From the NCBI GenBank assembly GCA_951406725.2, contig OX597838.1:9982001-10046000 (forward strand): DNA of 64,000 nt, written 5' to 3'. The translations under genes and the position numbers were made by a program. The notes beneath the pieces were generated by a model. That model worked only from the letters and a program-made list of their open reading frames with translations, had not been told where the DNA came from and did no database searches. Shown piece after piece: positions 38,625-50,999 of the stretch (the first letter of the stretch is position 1; each line of letters starts with the position of its first letter). Origin of the DNA: Octopus vulgaris. Its lineage: Eukaryota.

Positions 38625-39020
38625 TAGGCACAGGTCACAACTGTGTGATTCAGAAGCAAGCTTCTCAACTACATGGTCTTAGGTTCAGTCCCACTGCACA
38701 GCATTTTGGGTAAATGTCTTCTACAAGAGCCTTGGGCCAACCAAAGCCATGTGGGTGGATTTGGTAGGCAGAAACTGGAAGCAGTCTGTCATGTTTGTGT
38801 GTGTCTGCCCTTATCTGGGCGTGATGGTAGTAAATGGGTATCATCATCATCATACAAGTGGTGTTATATCCAGTCTGCCATGAAAAACATGCCTGATCAT
38901 GGGGAAATATTAGCTTGATTAGGAACAGGTGAGGGTTGGCAACAGGAAGGGCATCTCACTGTAAAAAATTTGCTTCCATAAATTCAAGCACAGAAAAGCG
39001 GTCACTGAATGATGATGAGA
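38625..39020 (+). mobile_element. Family D SINE
   Basis: tRNA/CORE head, then GGGGAAATATT...GGTTGGCAACAGGAAGGGCATC and a (GAT)n tail. Confidence 0.75.
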
Positions 39021-39871
39021 GTGATGACAACTTAAAAGTGGCTTATCTTGTTTCTTAAACAAACAGATAATTTACTGGTTCAGGACAAATTAGAAACGTT
39101 GAGCAAGGTGAAAGATGACCCCGATTCCTTCTTAGATATGCTATCACACTATCTATCACTCCAATTTGTCTCGTTCTTACAGTCTCTGTCTATTTCCTCA
39201 CAACTCTAAGGATTTCACTATGATTTCAATGAAAAGGCTGCTTTAGTTCACTCTGAGAAGAATTTAATCAGTTTCTTCAGAGGGTAAGTCTTCTTAGCGA
39301 TCAACACTCCTGCAACTTTTTGAACCACAAGGAGATCTTGGGATTTCTTCACATAGTACTTTTCTGTCTTTCTTCTACTCGCATAACACGATTTGACCTT
39401 GGCACAGCATGCTAACAAAACAGATGCTAATATGATACTCCGGTTTCTAGCTACAATAAACCGTATCATTTGATTGTTCTTATTGCCTGGTGTATTTGTG
39501 GCTTAGTGTTACTGTTTCCAATACTCTATTGTACCAATGGCAGAATATAAGATGTAAGCTTTTTTCAGTCCTTTTCTTATTGTTTTGCCTCAGGTCAACA
39601 ACCCTAATTAAGCAGATCAAGAGCCAAAGGCATTTTAACCATATCCTGTCTCTATAGAAAGAAATATGTAAGACTACATCATGTAGTGTAGTCGTACAGG
39701 CCTTTAATGAGACAGTAGGCAATTTGAATATTTTGTTGCCATTTCTAGTAGGTCCACATCATGACCACACGGAGGCTCCCATGCCTTAAGGTTTTTGTGA
39801 GTGGTAAATATTTCTCTAGATAATGCTATTATGAGCTGATTAGTCAAAATAGTTATCATTTAGGGATTATA

Positions 39872-40252
39872 TAGGTGCAGGTGTGGCTGTGTGGTAAGTA
39901 GCTTGCTAACCAACCACATGGTTCCAGGTTCAGTCCCACTGCATGGCATCTTGGGCAAGTGTCTTCTGCTATAGCTCCGGGCCGACCAATGCCTTGTGAG
40001 TGGATTTGGTAGACAGAAACCAAAAGAAGCCTGTCGTATGTATATATATATGTGTGTGTATGTGTGCTTGTGTGTCTGTGTTTGTCTCTTAGCAACCGAT
40101 GCTGGTGTGTTTATGTCACTTAGCGGTTCGGCAAAAGAGACCGATAGAATAAGTACCTGGCTTACAAAGAATAAGTCTCGGGGTCGATTTGCTCGACTAA
40201 AGGCGGTGCTCCGGCATGGCCGCAGTCAAATGACTGAAACAAGTAAAAGAGT
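39872..40252 (+). mobile_element. Family A SINE, near full length
   Basis: Same as 2535-2922. Confidence 0.9.
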
Positions 40253-40581
40253 ATTTAGTTATTGGTTCAGCAATTGCTCTGTCTATATAGAATTAAGCAC
40301 CTGCATGCTTCTATTATTGCAGAATAGCAGTATGTAAATTCTAACCTGTTCAGTTAGGATTGTTAAATGCCTTCTGTTCATAGACCATAAACACACTGAG
40401 TTACTTTAACATGGAATTCTTCCAAATTAAAAGCTTATGTGATTGTCTGGTTTTGGAATCCTCTTTCAACCTTATAGTTTATGCAGAAAGTTTTATCAAT
40501 AAATATTCACAAACCTTTTGAATATTTTGTATTACTTCAGTAATATTGTTTCAGGATTGTTTTTTTTTTTAACTCTGAAAT

Positions 40582-40995
40582 GTCATCATCATTGTTTTAA
40601 CATCTACTTTCCCATGTTTACATACATCAGGTGGAATTTGTTGAGGCAGATTTTCTATGGCCAGGTGCCCTTCCTGTCACCAACTCTCACCTGTTTCCAA
40701 GCAAGGTGATATTTCCCATAGTCAGACATGTTTCCACAAAATATATTGGAAATGAATAACACTGCTTGTATGACAGTGATACTCGTTTACAACCATTATG
40801 TAATGTCAAAACAAGGAAGCACACATACACATAATGAGCTTCTTTCAGTTTCTGTCCACCAAATCCATCCACAATGTTTTGCTTGGTCTAGGGCTATAGT
40901 AGAAGATAGTTGCTTGAGTTACCACATAGTGGGACTGAACCCAAAACAGTGTGGTTGGGTGGTTAGGAAGTAAACTTTCTTACCACACAGCCACA
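40582..40995 (-). mobile_element. Family D SINE
   Basis: Reverse complement of 38625-39020. Further copies at about 41654-42010, 42650-42900, 48060-48310 and 55455-56055. Confidence 0.8.
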
Positions 40996-41374
40996 TACAA
41001 ATAGATGCCTGCATTTAACCATATTATCTTTCCCAGTGTATATTTATTTTCTGTGGTAGTATATTGTATGACATTGCATTTAGGGACACTTCTATAAAGT
41101 GGTTTCTTCTTGCTTTCTCTAAGTAAATTTGATGTTTTAAATTTCTAGAAGGAAAATTAATGCTTCAAAGCTCCCACTATTTCCACCTAACTCAGCAACA
41201 TAAATGAATTAGATTATATAACATCACTCACATTATACTACTGGTAGTATCCATCTGGTCTTGAGGATTTAAGAGTATTACTCTAAGCTGATAAAACATT
41301 GATTACCTACCTTGGTTTCTCAATTACAATTATTTGAACTGATCCAAGAACACCACATGATATTGGTGATGACA

Positions 41375-42499
41375 TGAATAGTTTCCCACCCATCAACCTC
41401 CTGTGTTTCTACAAAGTCACCTAGATATCATTCACAGAAAAATCCATCGCTTGTTCCTAAACAGAACTATACAAGGTTTCCTGTTCAAAGACACCATGAA
41501 ATTCTTACAGTAAACCATTACTTGCTTATACCAAAATTGTATCCATCCAGAAGTCTTTTGGCTCTGTTCATCTCATACTGTTGTACCCTCTTTGCAAACA
41601 TAGATTTGGTCTACTTCTATGGGCTTGTGTGTGTGTGTGTGTGTGTGTGTGTGATCATCATCATTATTGATTTAATGTCCACATTTCCATATTTGCATGC
41701 ATCAGACAGAGTTTGTTGAGCCATAGATTTTTCTATGGCTAGATGTTGCAAACCTTTAACTGGCCAGACATGTTTTTGCAGAATATTGAAAATGAATGAC
41801 ATTCATTTACAACAATCACATGTCCTCAGGACACACACACACACACACACGATGGGCTTCATTCAGTTTTTCTTTACCAAATCCACTCACAAGAGGATTC
41901 AGCCTGAGGCCTTCATAGAAGACACTTGCCCAAGGTATATGCAATGCAAATAAACTTGAAACTATATGGTTGGGAAGCAAATTTCCTAACCATACTGTCA
42001 TACCGGCTCCTCTGTGTGTGTGTACATATAAACTATAGTTTCATTGGAATTTTTCAGATATGCTTACTAAATCAGTAAATTAATTGTTTTTATTTCAAGT
42101 TTAGTTTCAGGTCAGGCCAGTGATAAGACATTCCAGTTATGACCCTCTTGTTTTTTTTTGTTTTTTTTGGTGGGGTGGGGAGAGTACCAATAGCTATATT
42201 ATCTAATGTGACTTTCCTTTTATAGGGGTATGACTTGAAAGTTGTTATTTTTAGCAGGTCAATTGAATATGTAAACTCTCTTTACCTGAGTTATTCCACC
42301 AGCAAATACTGCACATTTGGTTTTAGAACTCTCTTGCACTTAATACTAGTTAACTATCTTGTCCAAGTTATGGTACATCTCTCTCTCTCTCTCATCCTCA
42401 CATTAAAGACTTAATTGCATCACAAGTTTGATCCTTTTGTGACTGATATCCAGGTGACTTTGTAGAAACACAGGAGGTTGATGGGTGGGAAACTATTCA
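41375..42499. repeat. 62-bp inverted repeat pair (41375-41436 / 42438-42499)
   Basis: TGAATAGTTTCCCACCCATCAACCTCCTGTGTTTCTACAAAGTCACCT.GATATCA.TCACA and its reverse complement; 2 mismatches counted. Confidence 0.92.
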
Positions 42500-42974
42500 A
42501 AGGATCATGGGAATATCTGATAAACTTATCAACAGTTAACTCCTAGATTTTATGGCTTATTTGAAGTGTGGCTTGCTATTAATAAAAACTTCCCCTGGAT
42601 ATTCTATAAAGTGATAGTGTTATCAGCCAACATTTTTCTAGTTCTTCCATCGTCATTGTTTTAATGTCCACTTTTCTATGCTTGCATGGGGTAAATGGAA
42701 TTTGTTGAAGCATATTTCATGCAACCAAATACACTTCCGGTGAATAATCCTCGTCTACTTCCAAGTAAGGTAAGACTACCCCATCACCAGGCACGCCCCA
42801 GAAGATTGGAAATAAAGGGCGCCACTTGCATGACATGATGTCCGCATACAGCCATCATGCAATGCCAAAGCAAGGAGACCAATATGCATGCGCGCGTGCA
42901 CACACACACACGCACATTTAGAAACTTTGAGAGAACTTGAAATAATTCACTTTTGGAACTCTTACTGCACAGTC

Positions 42975-43355
42975 ATGCTTGCATGGCTGTGTGGTAAGAA
43001 GCTTGCTTCTCAATCACATGGTTCGTGGTTCAGTCCCAATGCCTGTCATGTTGGTAAGTGTCTTCTGGTATAGCCCTAGGCCAACCAAAGCCTTGTGAGT
43101 GGATTCGATAGAGAGAAACTGAAGGAAGTTGTATCGTGTGTGTGTGGCTTTATGTTTGTGTTTGTTCCTACCTCTACTTTACAACCAGTGTTGGTTTGTT
43201 TACGCCTCCATAACTAAACGGTTCAGCAAAAGGCATCTAATAGAATAAGTATCAGGCTTTAAAAAATATGTGTACTGGGGCTAATTTGTTTGAGTAAGCC
43301 CTTCCGAGTAGTGCCCCAGCATGACCACAGCCTAATGACTGAAACAAGTAAAAGA
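42975..43355 (+). mobile_element. Older family A SINE
   Basis: Head, core and tail recognisable. Followed by an inverted head fragment at 43370-43496. Confidence 0.8.
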
Positions 43356-44644
43356 CAATATATGGATATGATGGGCTTCTTTCAGTTTCTGTTTATCAAA
43401 TCCACCCACAAGGCTTTGGGCAGCCAGAGGCCATAACAGAAGGCACTTGCCCAAGATGCCACATGGTAGGACTGAATCGAAACCATGCCTGCACCTATGT
43501 GTTTCAAAGGCCCTTTGTTGTAAATGCAGAGTTGTCTGATGTAACAGTTTGAGTCAGGAAGTTTACAACTTCCATGTTTACATTGAAATCTGTCTATTAC
43601 ATTGGTTTGTCTGAAATACATCCTGTGATTTGGAAGTTTGTGGTTTCATGTTAAGGTTTTTATCATTCTGGTGTTTGGTGTTTTTGTAATGTATTCTATA
43701 AGTTTGTGGTTTAGGTACGATACATGTGTTCCAGTTTTTTTTTTTTGTTTTGTTTTGTAAATTATATATTCTTCCATTTCTATAACTGGGTGCATCTGGT
43801 TCATGTATATGCTATAAGTGGTTTGTGTATCATTACTGGGTGGTGCAGCTGTTGAGAGATGTGGGTGGATTTGTTCTTGTATTGTTTGATAGTCTACTAG
43901 TCTACTGTTTGTTCAACTCATGCGATTTCCTTATTCAAACTTCTTCAGTGAATGAAGAATTAAAAGCCAAGAAGCAGTTTGGATAACAATATTATTATGT
44001 CTCCATGGAGACATTGTGTGCATACACAGGCATTTGTTTGTGTGTTTTTTATATAATTATTTTGTTTTTGTTGTTTTGCTGTGTGGTTAAGGTGGTCACT
44101 TTGCAACTATGTGGTTCCAAGTTCAATCCCATTGCGTGACACCTTGGACAAGTGTCTTCTACTAGAGTCTTTGGTTGACTAAATGCCTTGTGAGTGAAAC
44201 TGGTGAGTGGAGAGTGTTGGAAGCTGTTATATATGTGCATATATGTGTGCGTTTTTGTCCCCCATCATTGGAGAACTGTTGTTGGTTTATTTACCCCATA
44301 ATCTGGCAGCTCTGCTAAAGAAGACCAGTAGAATAAGTACTAAACATATGTGGGCTAACAGAAACTTTAACCTTTTAGCATTCAGATTATTCTGTCAAAT
44401 GGAATACTTACTCATTCACATTGTTTTTTGTTTGTCAAGTATTCTCTCAAAGCTTCAAGATTTTGACGATGTGACTGTTTGTTTTTAGAATGTCATTATA
44501 GGGTAGGTGTGAGAGGCTGGACTAGGGATCTGAACAGTTTGAACATAAAACAGGTAAAATATTTGGGCTGGATATGGCCGGATTAAATGCTAAAGAGTTA
44601 TGGCCATTTTTTTGTATATTCATTAGTTTTATTATTATAGGATA

Positions 44645-45769
44645 CTAGCAAACCTACCCATCTATGATGGCGGCATAAAATGAGGGAGGCAAGTCATAAC
44701 AGCAGTATGTGTTGAGAAATGTGTAAATGGACTTGATAGATTATGGGGTGATGTCTTAGAGAAATCACATTATTGTTGGTGATACAGCATTCTATTGCAG
44801 TTGTATGACATGTTTGCGACTAATTGATATGTAATGATTATTCACTCCCAAACTAAAATAGGCTACCAGCCCATGTATCATGAATGGTTATGTGGACTAC
44901 TCCTAATGAAAACAAGAGCTTCCTTCGACCACTACATAAAAAGTATTAATTAAAAAAATGTAGATATACTTTTATTTTAGTTGTTTAGACTATTTATGCT
45001 TGTTTATATTCTTATGCATTCAAAGTTCACAAATTTCTTTATTTAAATTGAGTCATATTCCTTTCCCACAATATCAATATGATTACAAAACTTCTTTGTA
45101 GATGATATTTTCTGTTTGGCTGACACTAATTCTCAAGTTACTGGAGTCTGTTGCTCTACTCATAGCAACGTATAACTGGCCGTGTGTAAACATTGGAGTG
45201 GGTAAAAATACACCCTACACAATCTAAAGTCTGGTCCTGTGCCTTGTTTGCTGTGAATGTGGGAGCGGAATCTTTAGGGTTGCAATAAATCAAACTAAAA
45301 CTTCCCTGTCACTGTTCTATGCGAATAATGTCCCGAGGTCCTGGTACCATGGGTTATTTTGATTGACAAAGCTGAGATGTAAACAACATTCACTTTGATT
45401 AGCCATTTCGAATCCTGCTCAAGACTGACACTTCAATAACTACTATATACTGACACACACCTCTTCCATTTTATTTTCATTATTAACTGTCCTTGCAACG
45501 CCCTTTGTATCTACAATGGAGCCATAAACTATACAATGAAAATCCAGAGTTGCTCATGGTTGGTTAATTTTTGATAAAAATGCGAAGGTGGTCTATCAAT
45601 TGAAAAATCGATGTCCACGAAATAATCGTACTTTCTGATTTTCTAATGCTAAAAACCGTCCTGATGACTGTCTTTGTAATCACGAAAAATATTGTACCAT
45701 TGGTTCAGCTGTCTGGCCGTGAAGTGGGAACAGACAGACAAACGGGCATAACGCCCCATTATAGTAAGA
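44645..45769 (-). mobile_element. Deleted Helitron with helicase remnant
   Basis: Minus-strand 5' TC (45769) and 3' CTAG (44645-44648), with subterminal hairpin CCATC...GATGG and internal Pif1-like motifs. Confidence 0.8.
45128..45260 (-). pseudogene. Helitron RepHel Pif1-family helicase motifs V-VI remnant
   Basis: TFTANKAQDQTLDCVG, frameshift, then VFLPTPMFTHGQLYVAMSRATDSSNLRI. Matches the family pattern TINK[AS]QGQ[TS]L..VG..L..PVF[ST]HGQLYVA.SR. Confidence 0.88.
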
Positions 45770-46110
45770 TAGCAAATCTGCCAACCTACGATGGGCAATA
45801 AAGGGATAGTTTTGCAAATCTAGGCCCTCTAAGTTCACAGACTATATGGGGCAGGGTAATCCAGAGTTATCCCTCATCGCCAGAATTTTAACAAAAACAA
45901 AAAATCAAAGATGATTTATTAATACAAAACTTAATATCCACTAAATAATCATACTTTTTCACTACTTTTTTTTGTTTTTTCATTTTTGCTAAAAAACCTT
46001 CCTGATTACCTCCCTTGTAATCCTGAAAAACATTGTGACCACTGGTCCAGCTGTTTGACCTTGAAGAAGGAACAGACAGCCAGATGGACATAACACCCAT
46101 TAGAGTAAGA
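45770..46110 (-). mobile_element. Second short Helitron unit directly abutting the first
   Basis: Same termini as the first unit: TAGCAAATCTGCC...CTACGATGG at the left and GACAG...CATAAC.CCCATTA.AGTAAGA at the right. Confidence 0.7.
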
Positions 46111-46136
46111 TGTTCACACAGTCCGAGATTATTCTT

Positions 46137-46256
46137 ATAGGTTCCATCCGTGGAGGAAATGTCCAATTTGTTGGTTTCTTGTAAAGTTTCAAGGAATAGG
46201 TTCCATCCATGGTGGAAATGTTCAATTTGTTGGTTTCTTGTAAAGTTTCAAGGAAT
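46137..46256. repeat. 59-bp tandem duplication
   Basis: ATAGGTTCCATCC.TGG.GGAAATGT.CAATTTGTTGGTTTCTTGTAAAGTTTCAAGGA occurs twice, with 3 differences. Confidence 0.95.
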
Positions 46257-46812
46257 TCACTTGATGATCGTATATTGTATCTCTCTGGTATATATTCCTT
46301 TATTATACTATCTAGTTGTTTAGTAATTCTATTAGTGGGTGTACTGATTTGGAAGATTATAGGTCAGAGACAGTTATTTTGTTTGTTGTCTTAACAGTGC
46401 AAAAGATGTACACAGGGCCAACTACTCCTACTGCTTACAATTAAAGATTGACCCTGTTTGAGCGTAAGCAGCGGCAATTAATTTGTTTGACTTCTACTTT
46501 AGCTCTGTTGCCTTTCCTGATTTCTATAAATTTACTGTTATATACTTTTGTAATGTATTTGGTCTGTAATAAGAGGCTCTGTATGTATGTGATACCACAC
46601 ACACACACACCGTCTCATTATGCCACCCTTCGTAGTTTGTCAATCGGTTATCACCATTTTAGATCCTGGATTCTTAACTTGAATGATTAAGTAAGCAGAA
46701 CTATCAAAAAGATGCACCAGCAACAGGTGTATTTTTTTAGAAAGAAGTGAAAATAGATAAGATGGGAAACTAGATAGGTTCTAAGTCAGGAATTATTAAC
46801 TAATTCCCCGTG

Positions 46813-47110
46813 TTGGTGGCACGTAAAAGCACCATCCTTTCGTGTCCGTTGCCAGCCTCGCCTGGCCTCCGTGCCGGTGACACGTAAAAGCACCATCCGT
46901 TCGTGGCCGTCTGGCACCTGTGCGGGTGGCACGTAAAAAGCACCCACTACACTCTCGGAGTGGTTGGCGTTAGGAAGGGCATCCAGCCGTAGAAACACTG
47001 CCAGATCTGACTGGGCCTGACGAAGCCTTCCGGCTTCACAGACCCCAGTTGAACCGTCCAACCCATGCCAGCATGGAAAACGGACGCTAAATGATGATGA
47101 TGATGATGAT
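46813..47110 (+). mobile_element. Family C retroposon
   Basis: Internal GGCACGTAAAAGCACC repeats and a (GAT)n tail. Confidence 0.9.
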
Positions 47111-48334
47111 ATGTGTGTGTGTATAATGGAAAAATTTACTGCTGGTACGAGTTGGATAGTGACATATTTATTTTGAAGAAAAAAAACTATGTGAGTCAGC
47201 ATATATTAGCCAGAATTGTAGGTTAATGAAGAGCAGTGAAAAATGATGCTGCGTAGATTAAGTATTATGAGTCTGTATCATAAACACAGCGCATAAGGTC
47301 ACATACAGAGTTTATATTACGGTTCCCTTTACTCCCCCTGTTGAAAATCATTTCCTGAAGAGAATCCATATTAATATTTAGTAGATGAAATTGGGCTGTG
47401 TTGGCGGCAGCGGCAGATTTTAGCAATCATTTTCACCCTTCAAACAGGAAGCGCCTGTTAATTAGGATATGATGTATAAAGGGTCTACGCATAGCTGTGT
47501 GGTAAAGAAGCTTCCTTTTGCAACCACATTGTTTCCCGGTTCAATCCCACCGTGCGATACCTTGGTTAAAGTATGTCTTATGCCAGAGTTTTTAGGTCGA
47601 TCAATACTTGTTGGTGGAAACTGTACAGAAACCTGTTGTATGTATAAAATAATAACCCCTGACTGGGAGCCACTGTCTGATACTGACTCCAAAAATGAGA
47701 ACCGATGTAAGCAAGGGATGCAACAGACTTGAAAACAGTTGTGAATCAGTGTAAGATAATCTAAAAAAATTTGGAAAAATTGGAGCAGGACATAATTTAA
47801 CTAATGTGACCAGAATATAACTAGAAAACAAAATTCACGTATAGCAAATTCAGCTAGGGTGTCTGTGTAATTAAATTTATTTCTGAGTGCTTAATTATCA
47901 CTGAAATTCTGTAAGCAATACTGATATTTGTCAAGAAACCATAAACTTTTGTACTGGATTTATGGTGCCATTTTTTTCTTCCTTACTCCATGAGGGAAGT
48001 TATTTTGAGCACTGCATATGCCACTGACAACCTCTCGGTACCTTAGTGTGTGTGTGTGAGTGATTATTTTAATATTCTCTTTTCCTATGCTTGCATGGGT
48101 CAATCTGAATTTGCTAAGGCTGATTTTCTACAGCTGGATGACTTTCCTGTCACCAACTTGTTTCCAAGTAAGGTAATAAATATTTCCCCATAATCAGTCA
48201 TGTTTTCTCAGAATATTGGAAATGAATGACGCTGCTTGTATGACAGTGATACTCATTTACAACCATCATGTAATGTCAAATCAAGGAGACACAAACGACA
48301 GAAACATACAGTCTCTATCTGCCTGTCTGTGTCT

Positions 48335-48390
<56 letters not shown>

Positions 48391-48489
48391 TCAATATAGG
48401 GTGGCAAAAAAAATTTTGTAGAATTCTTTTGCCACCAGCGGCCTAGTGGGAAAAAAATTAAATAGTCATAAACCATTTTTAAGTTCAAC

Positions 48490-48716
48490 ATCACAATCAA
48501 GGAACGGCCATAATAGGCCATTCACCCACTAGAAATAACAGCCAAAAGCTTTAACCGCAAAATAACATCAATCCAGAACCAGGAGAAAATTAAAAAATTA
48601 CAGGGTAAATGTTTTTTAATTTTCTCCTGGTTTACGGGATTGATGTTATTTTGCGGTTAAAGCTTTTGGCTGTTATTTCTAGTGGGTGAATGGCCTATTA
48701 TGGCCGTTCCTTGATT

Positions 48717-48721
<5 letters not shown>
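48490..48721. repeat. About 110-bp near-perfect inverted repeat with 14-nt loop, within an insert (48385-48721) between (TA)n tracts
   Basis: Arms 48490-48597 and 48612-48721 differ only around ATCCAGAACC versus ATCCCGTAAACC. Confidence 0.95.
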
Positions 48722-48758
<37 letters not shown>

Positions 48759-49416
48759 GTATGTATGTGTGTGTGTGTGTGTATGTGTGTGTATATATAT
48801 ATGTGTGTGTGTATATATATATATATATGTGTGTGTGTATATATGTATGTGTGTGTGTGTGTATATATATGTATGTATATATGTGTGTGTGTCAAAAAAT
48901 ATTAGTGCTCCAGAATATTGGTAATTTCTTCTCTGTATACTGCAGACGTACCATCATAACAGCACCAGGATCAATCTATATGTCTTTCCATGACCCAGCT
49001 GTAGCTTCTTTAGTAAACTCACTACTGCTTTTGTTTTCAGCTTTGTCACAATGGCCTTAGAGCCACACACTGTTGCCATGTTGCTGAGAAAAAGCAGCTC
49101 ATGGATATACAGAAAATTCTGCTTAATTTACAGGTGGATAGGCCAATTTGCATATTTGTCTTAAACCTGCTTGAAACTGCCCCTAGCAATCTAAATTAAA
49201 ACCTCCATCAAAATTTTGTGTCATTAGTTTATGCTCCAAACATACATTAATTAATCCTACAAATAGCATCTATCTAGAACATTCTGTTCACACCTCTCAA
49301 AAAAATGTACTATTATCTTTTGAAGATAGATTTAGTAACTGAGATTTAAATATTCCTAAATTGATTGTTATAGTTCAACTTTGATCAAAAGTATTTCAGG
49401 TGTGACCATCATCATC

Positions 49417-49485
<69 letters not shown>

Positions 49486-50418
49486 TGAAGGCTATACTAT
49501 TTCAGTGTCTCTTCCTACTTTTTTTAATTGAAGTAGGATATGATTTGAGGAAGATATAGCTGCTGTTTCTAGCTGCTGGAGCAACCTAATAGAGTTCTGT
49601 CATTGGTTTACTTTTATACTGTGTTTCCAAGACAGTGATGCCAAAGGTGTAAATAGTTCCTTTAGCATATCTTTGATGCCATTTTCTTATATAATTCCAG
49701 TGAGCTGCTATTCTCTTTATACTTTTCTTGCAATGTCAATAAATAAGTATTACATTTGATAGAATAATCTGAATGCTAAATAAAGAGTTGAGTTTCTTCT
49801 TAGATTCTATACTGGACACCTTTTCAATCCCTACCTTTATACTGAGCTTATAGTCCATCATATCGAGGTTTTTCTGGTCTTGCTTTTCCCAATCAAGAAT
49901 AACAAAGTAATTATACCTTTGCTTTCAATTTTCATGTTCTTCTTGGCAACATTACACACTGACCTTATAAGCCAATGATGCAGGTTTAGTGTCCAACAAA
50001 GAATGTGCTACTGTTTAAATTTGTTGGAAAATAGATACCATTTCATCATCAGAATCTAACTTAAAGACTGGTTTGCTGCTAAAGCTGTATGGTCCAGTAT
50101 CTCTTGTGAAAAAAGGGGGCAGTGAACAGTAAAATTTGATTGTAAAATATTGAACGATAAATTTCATTTCATAAACATTGCTAAAACAAGACTAGTTATA
50201 CGAGAACTTCTAGTAACTACAACCTGAATTTTTTCACCTCTTGTATGAGAAAAAGAGAAAGAAAAAGAGTTTGTGTTAATGAGTAAGTTTTGGCTGGTTT
50301 GTTTACATATCTAAAAATTCATTAGAAATAACGAGAACTTGAAACTGTTTTACGTTACTGAGGTCATCCAGGATACCAGTTTGTTTTGCAATGTGTTAGT
50401 TCATTGCTATCTGAGTCC

Positions 50419-50700
50419 CATCATCATCATCGTTTAACATCCATTTTCCATGCTAGCATGGGTTGGACGGTTCGACTGGGGTCTGGGAAGCCAGGAGGCT
50501 GCACCAGGCTCCAGTCTGATCTGGCAGTGTTTCTACAGATCTGGCAGTGTTTCTATGCCAACCACTCTGTGAGTATAGTGGATGCTTTTTCGGTGCCACC
50601 GGCACAGAAGCCAGTCGAGGCAGCGCTGGCATCGGCCACATTCGGATGGTGCTTTTAACGTGCCACCTGCACAGGTGTCACAACTACAATTTCCATTTGA
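50419..50700 (-). mobile_element. Family C retroposon
   Basis: Reverse complement of the family C consensus, with a small internal duplication GATCTGGCAGTGTTTCTA. Confidence 0.88.
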
Positions 50701-50829
50701 TTGTTGTTTCATTTCTGTCCTCTCTTCTAAACTGATCTTTTGGGTTTTTTTTCTTAGTTCTCTCATAAGTGAAATTAGGCTGACAATTTTGTAATGTTTT
50801 TAAACAATACAAAACTGAGAAATTACCTG

Positions 50830-50884
<55 letters not shown>

Positions 50885-50999
50885 TCAGGTAATTTTTCAG
50901 TTTTGTCTTAATTTTTTATTTTATTTTTTGAGGCAGAGAAACTGTTGGGTCATCAGGAATAGTGCAGAACATCTTGCTATGTCATTATTATGCTAATTA

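Noticed and set aside
39183-39283. Exon-like segment with TACAG acceptor and GG|GTAAGT donor; minus ORF 39248-39469
   Set aside because: Stops occur in all frames from that acceptor and no protein is recognisable. It could be a UTR exon but is unsupported.
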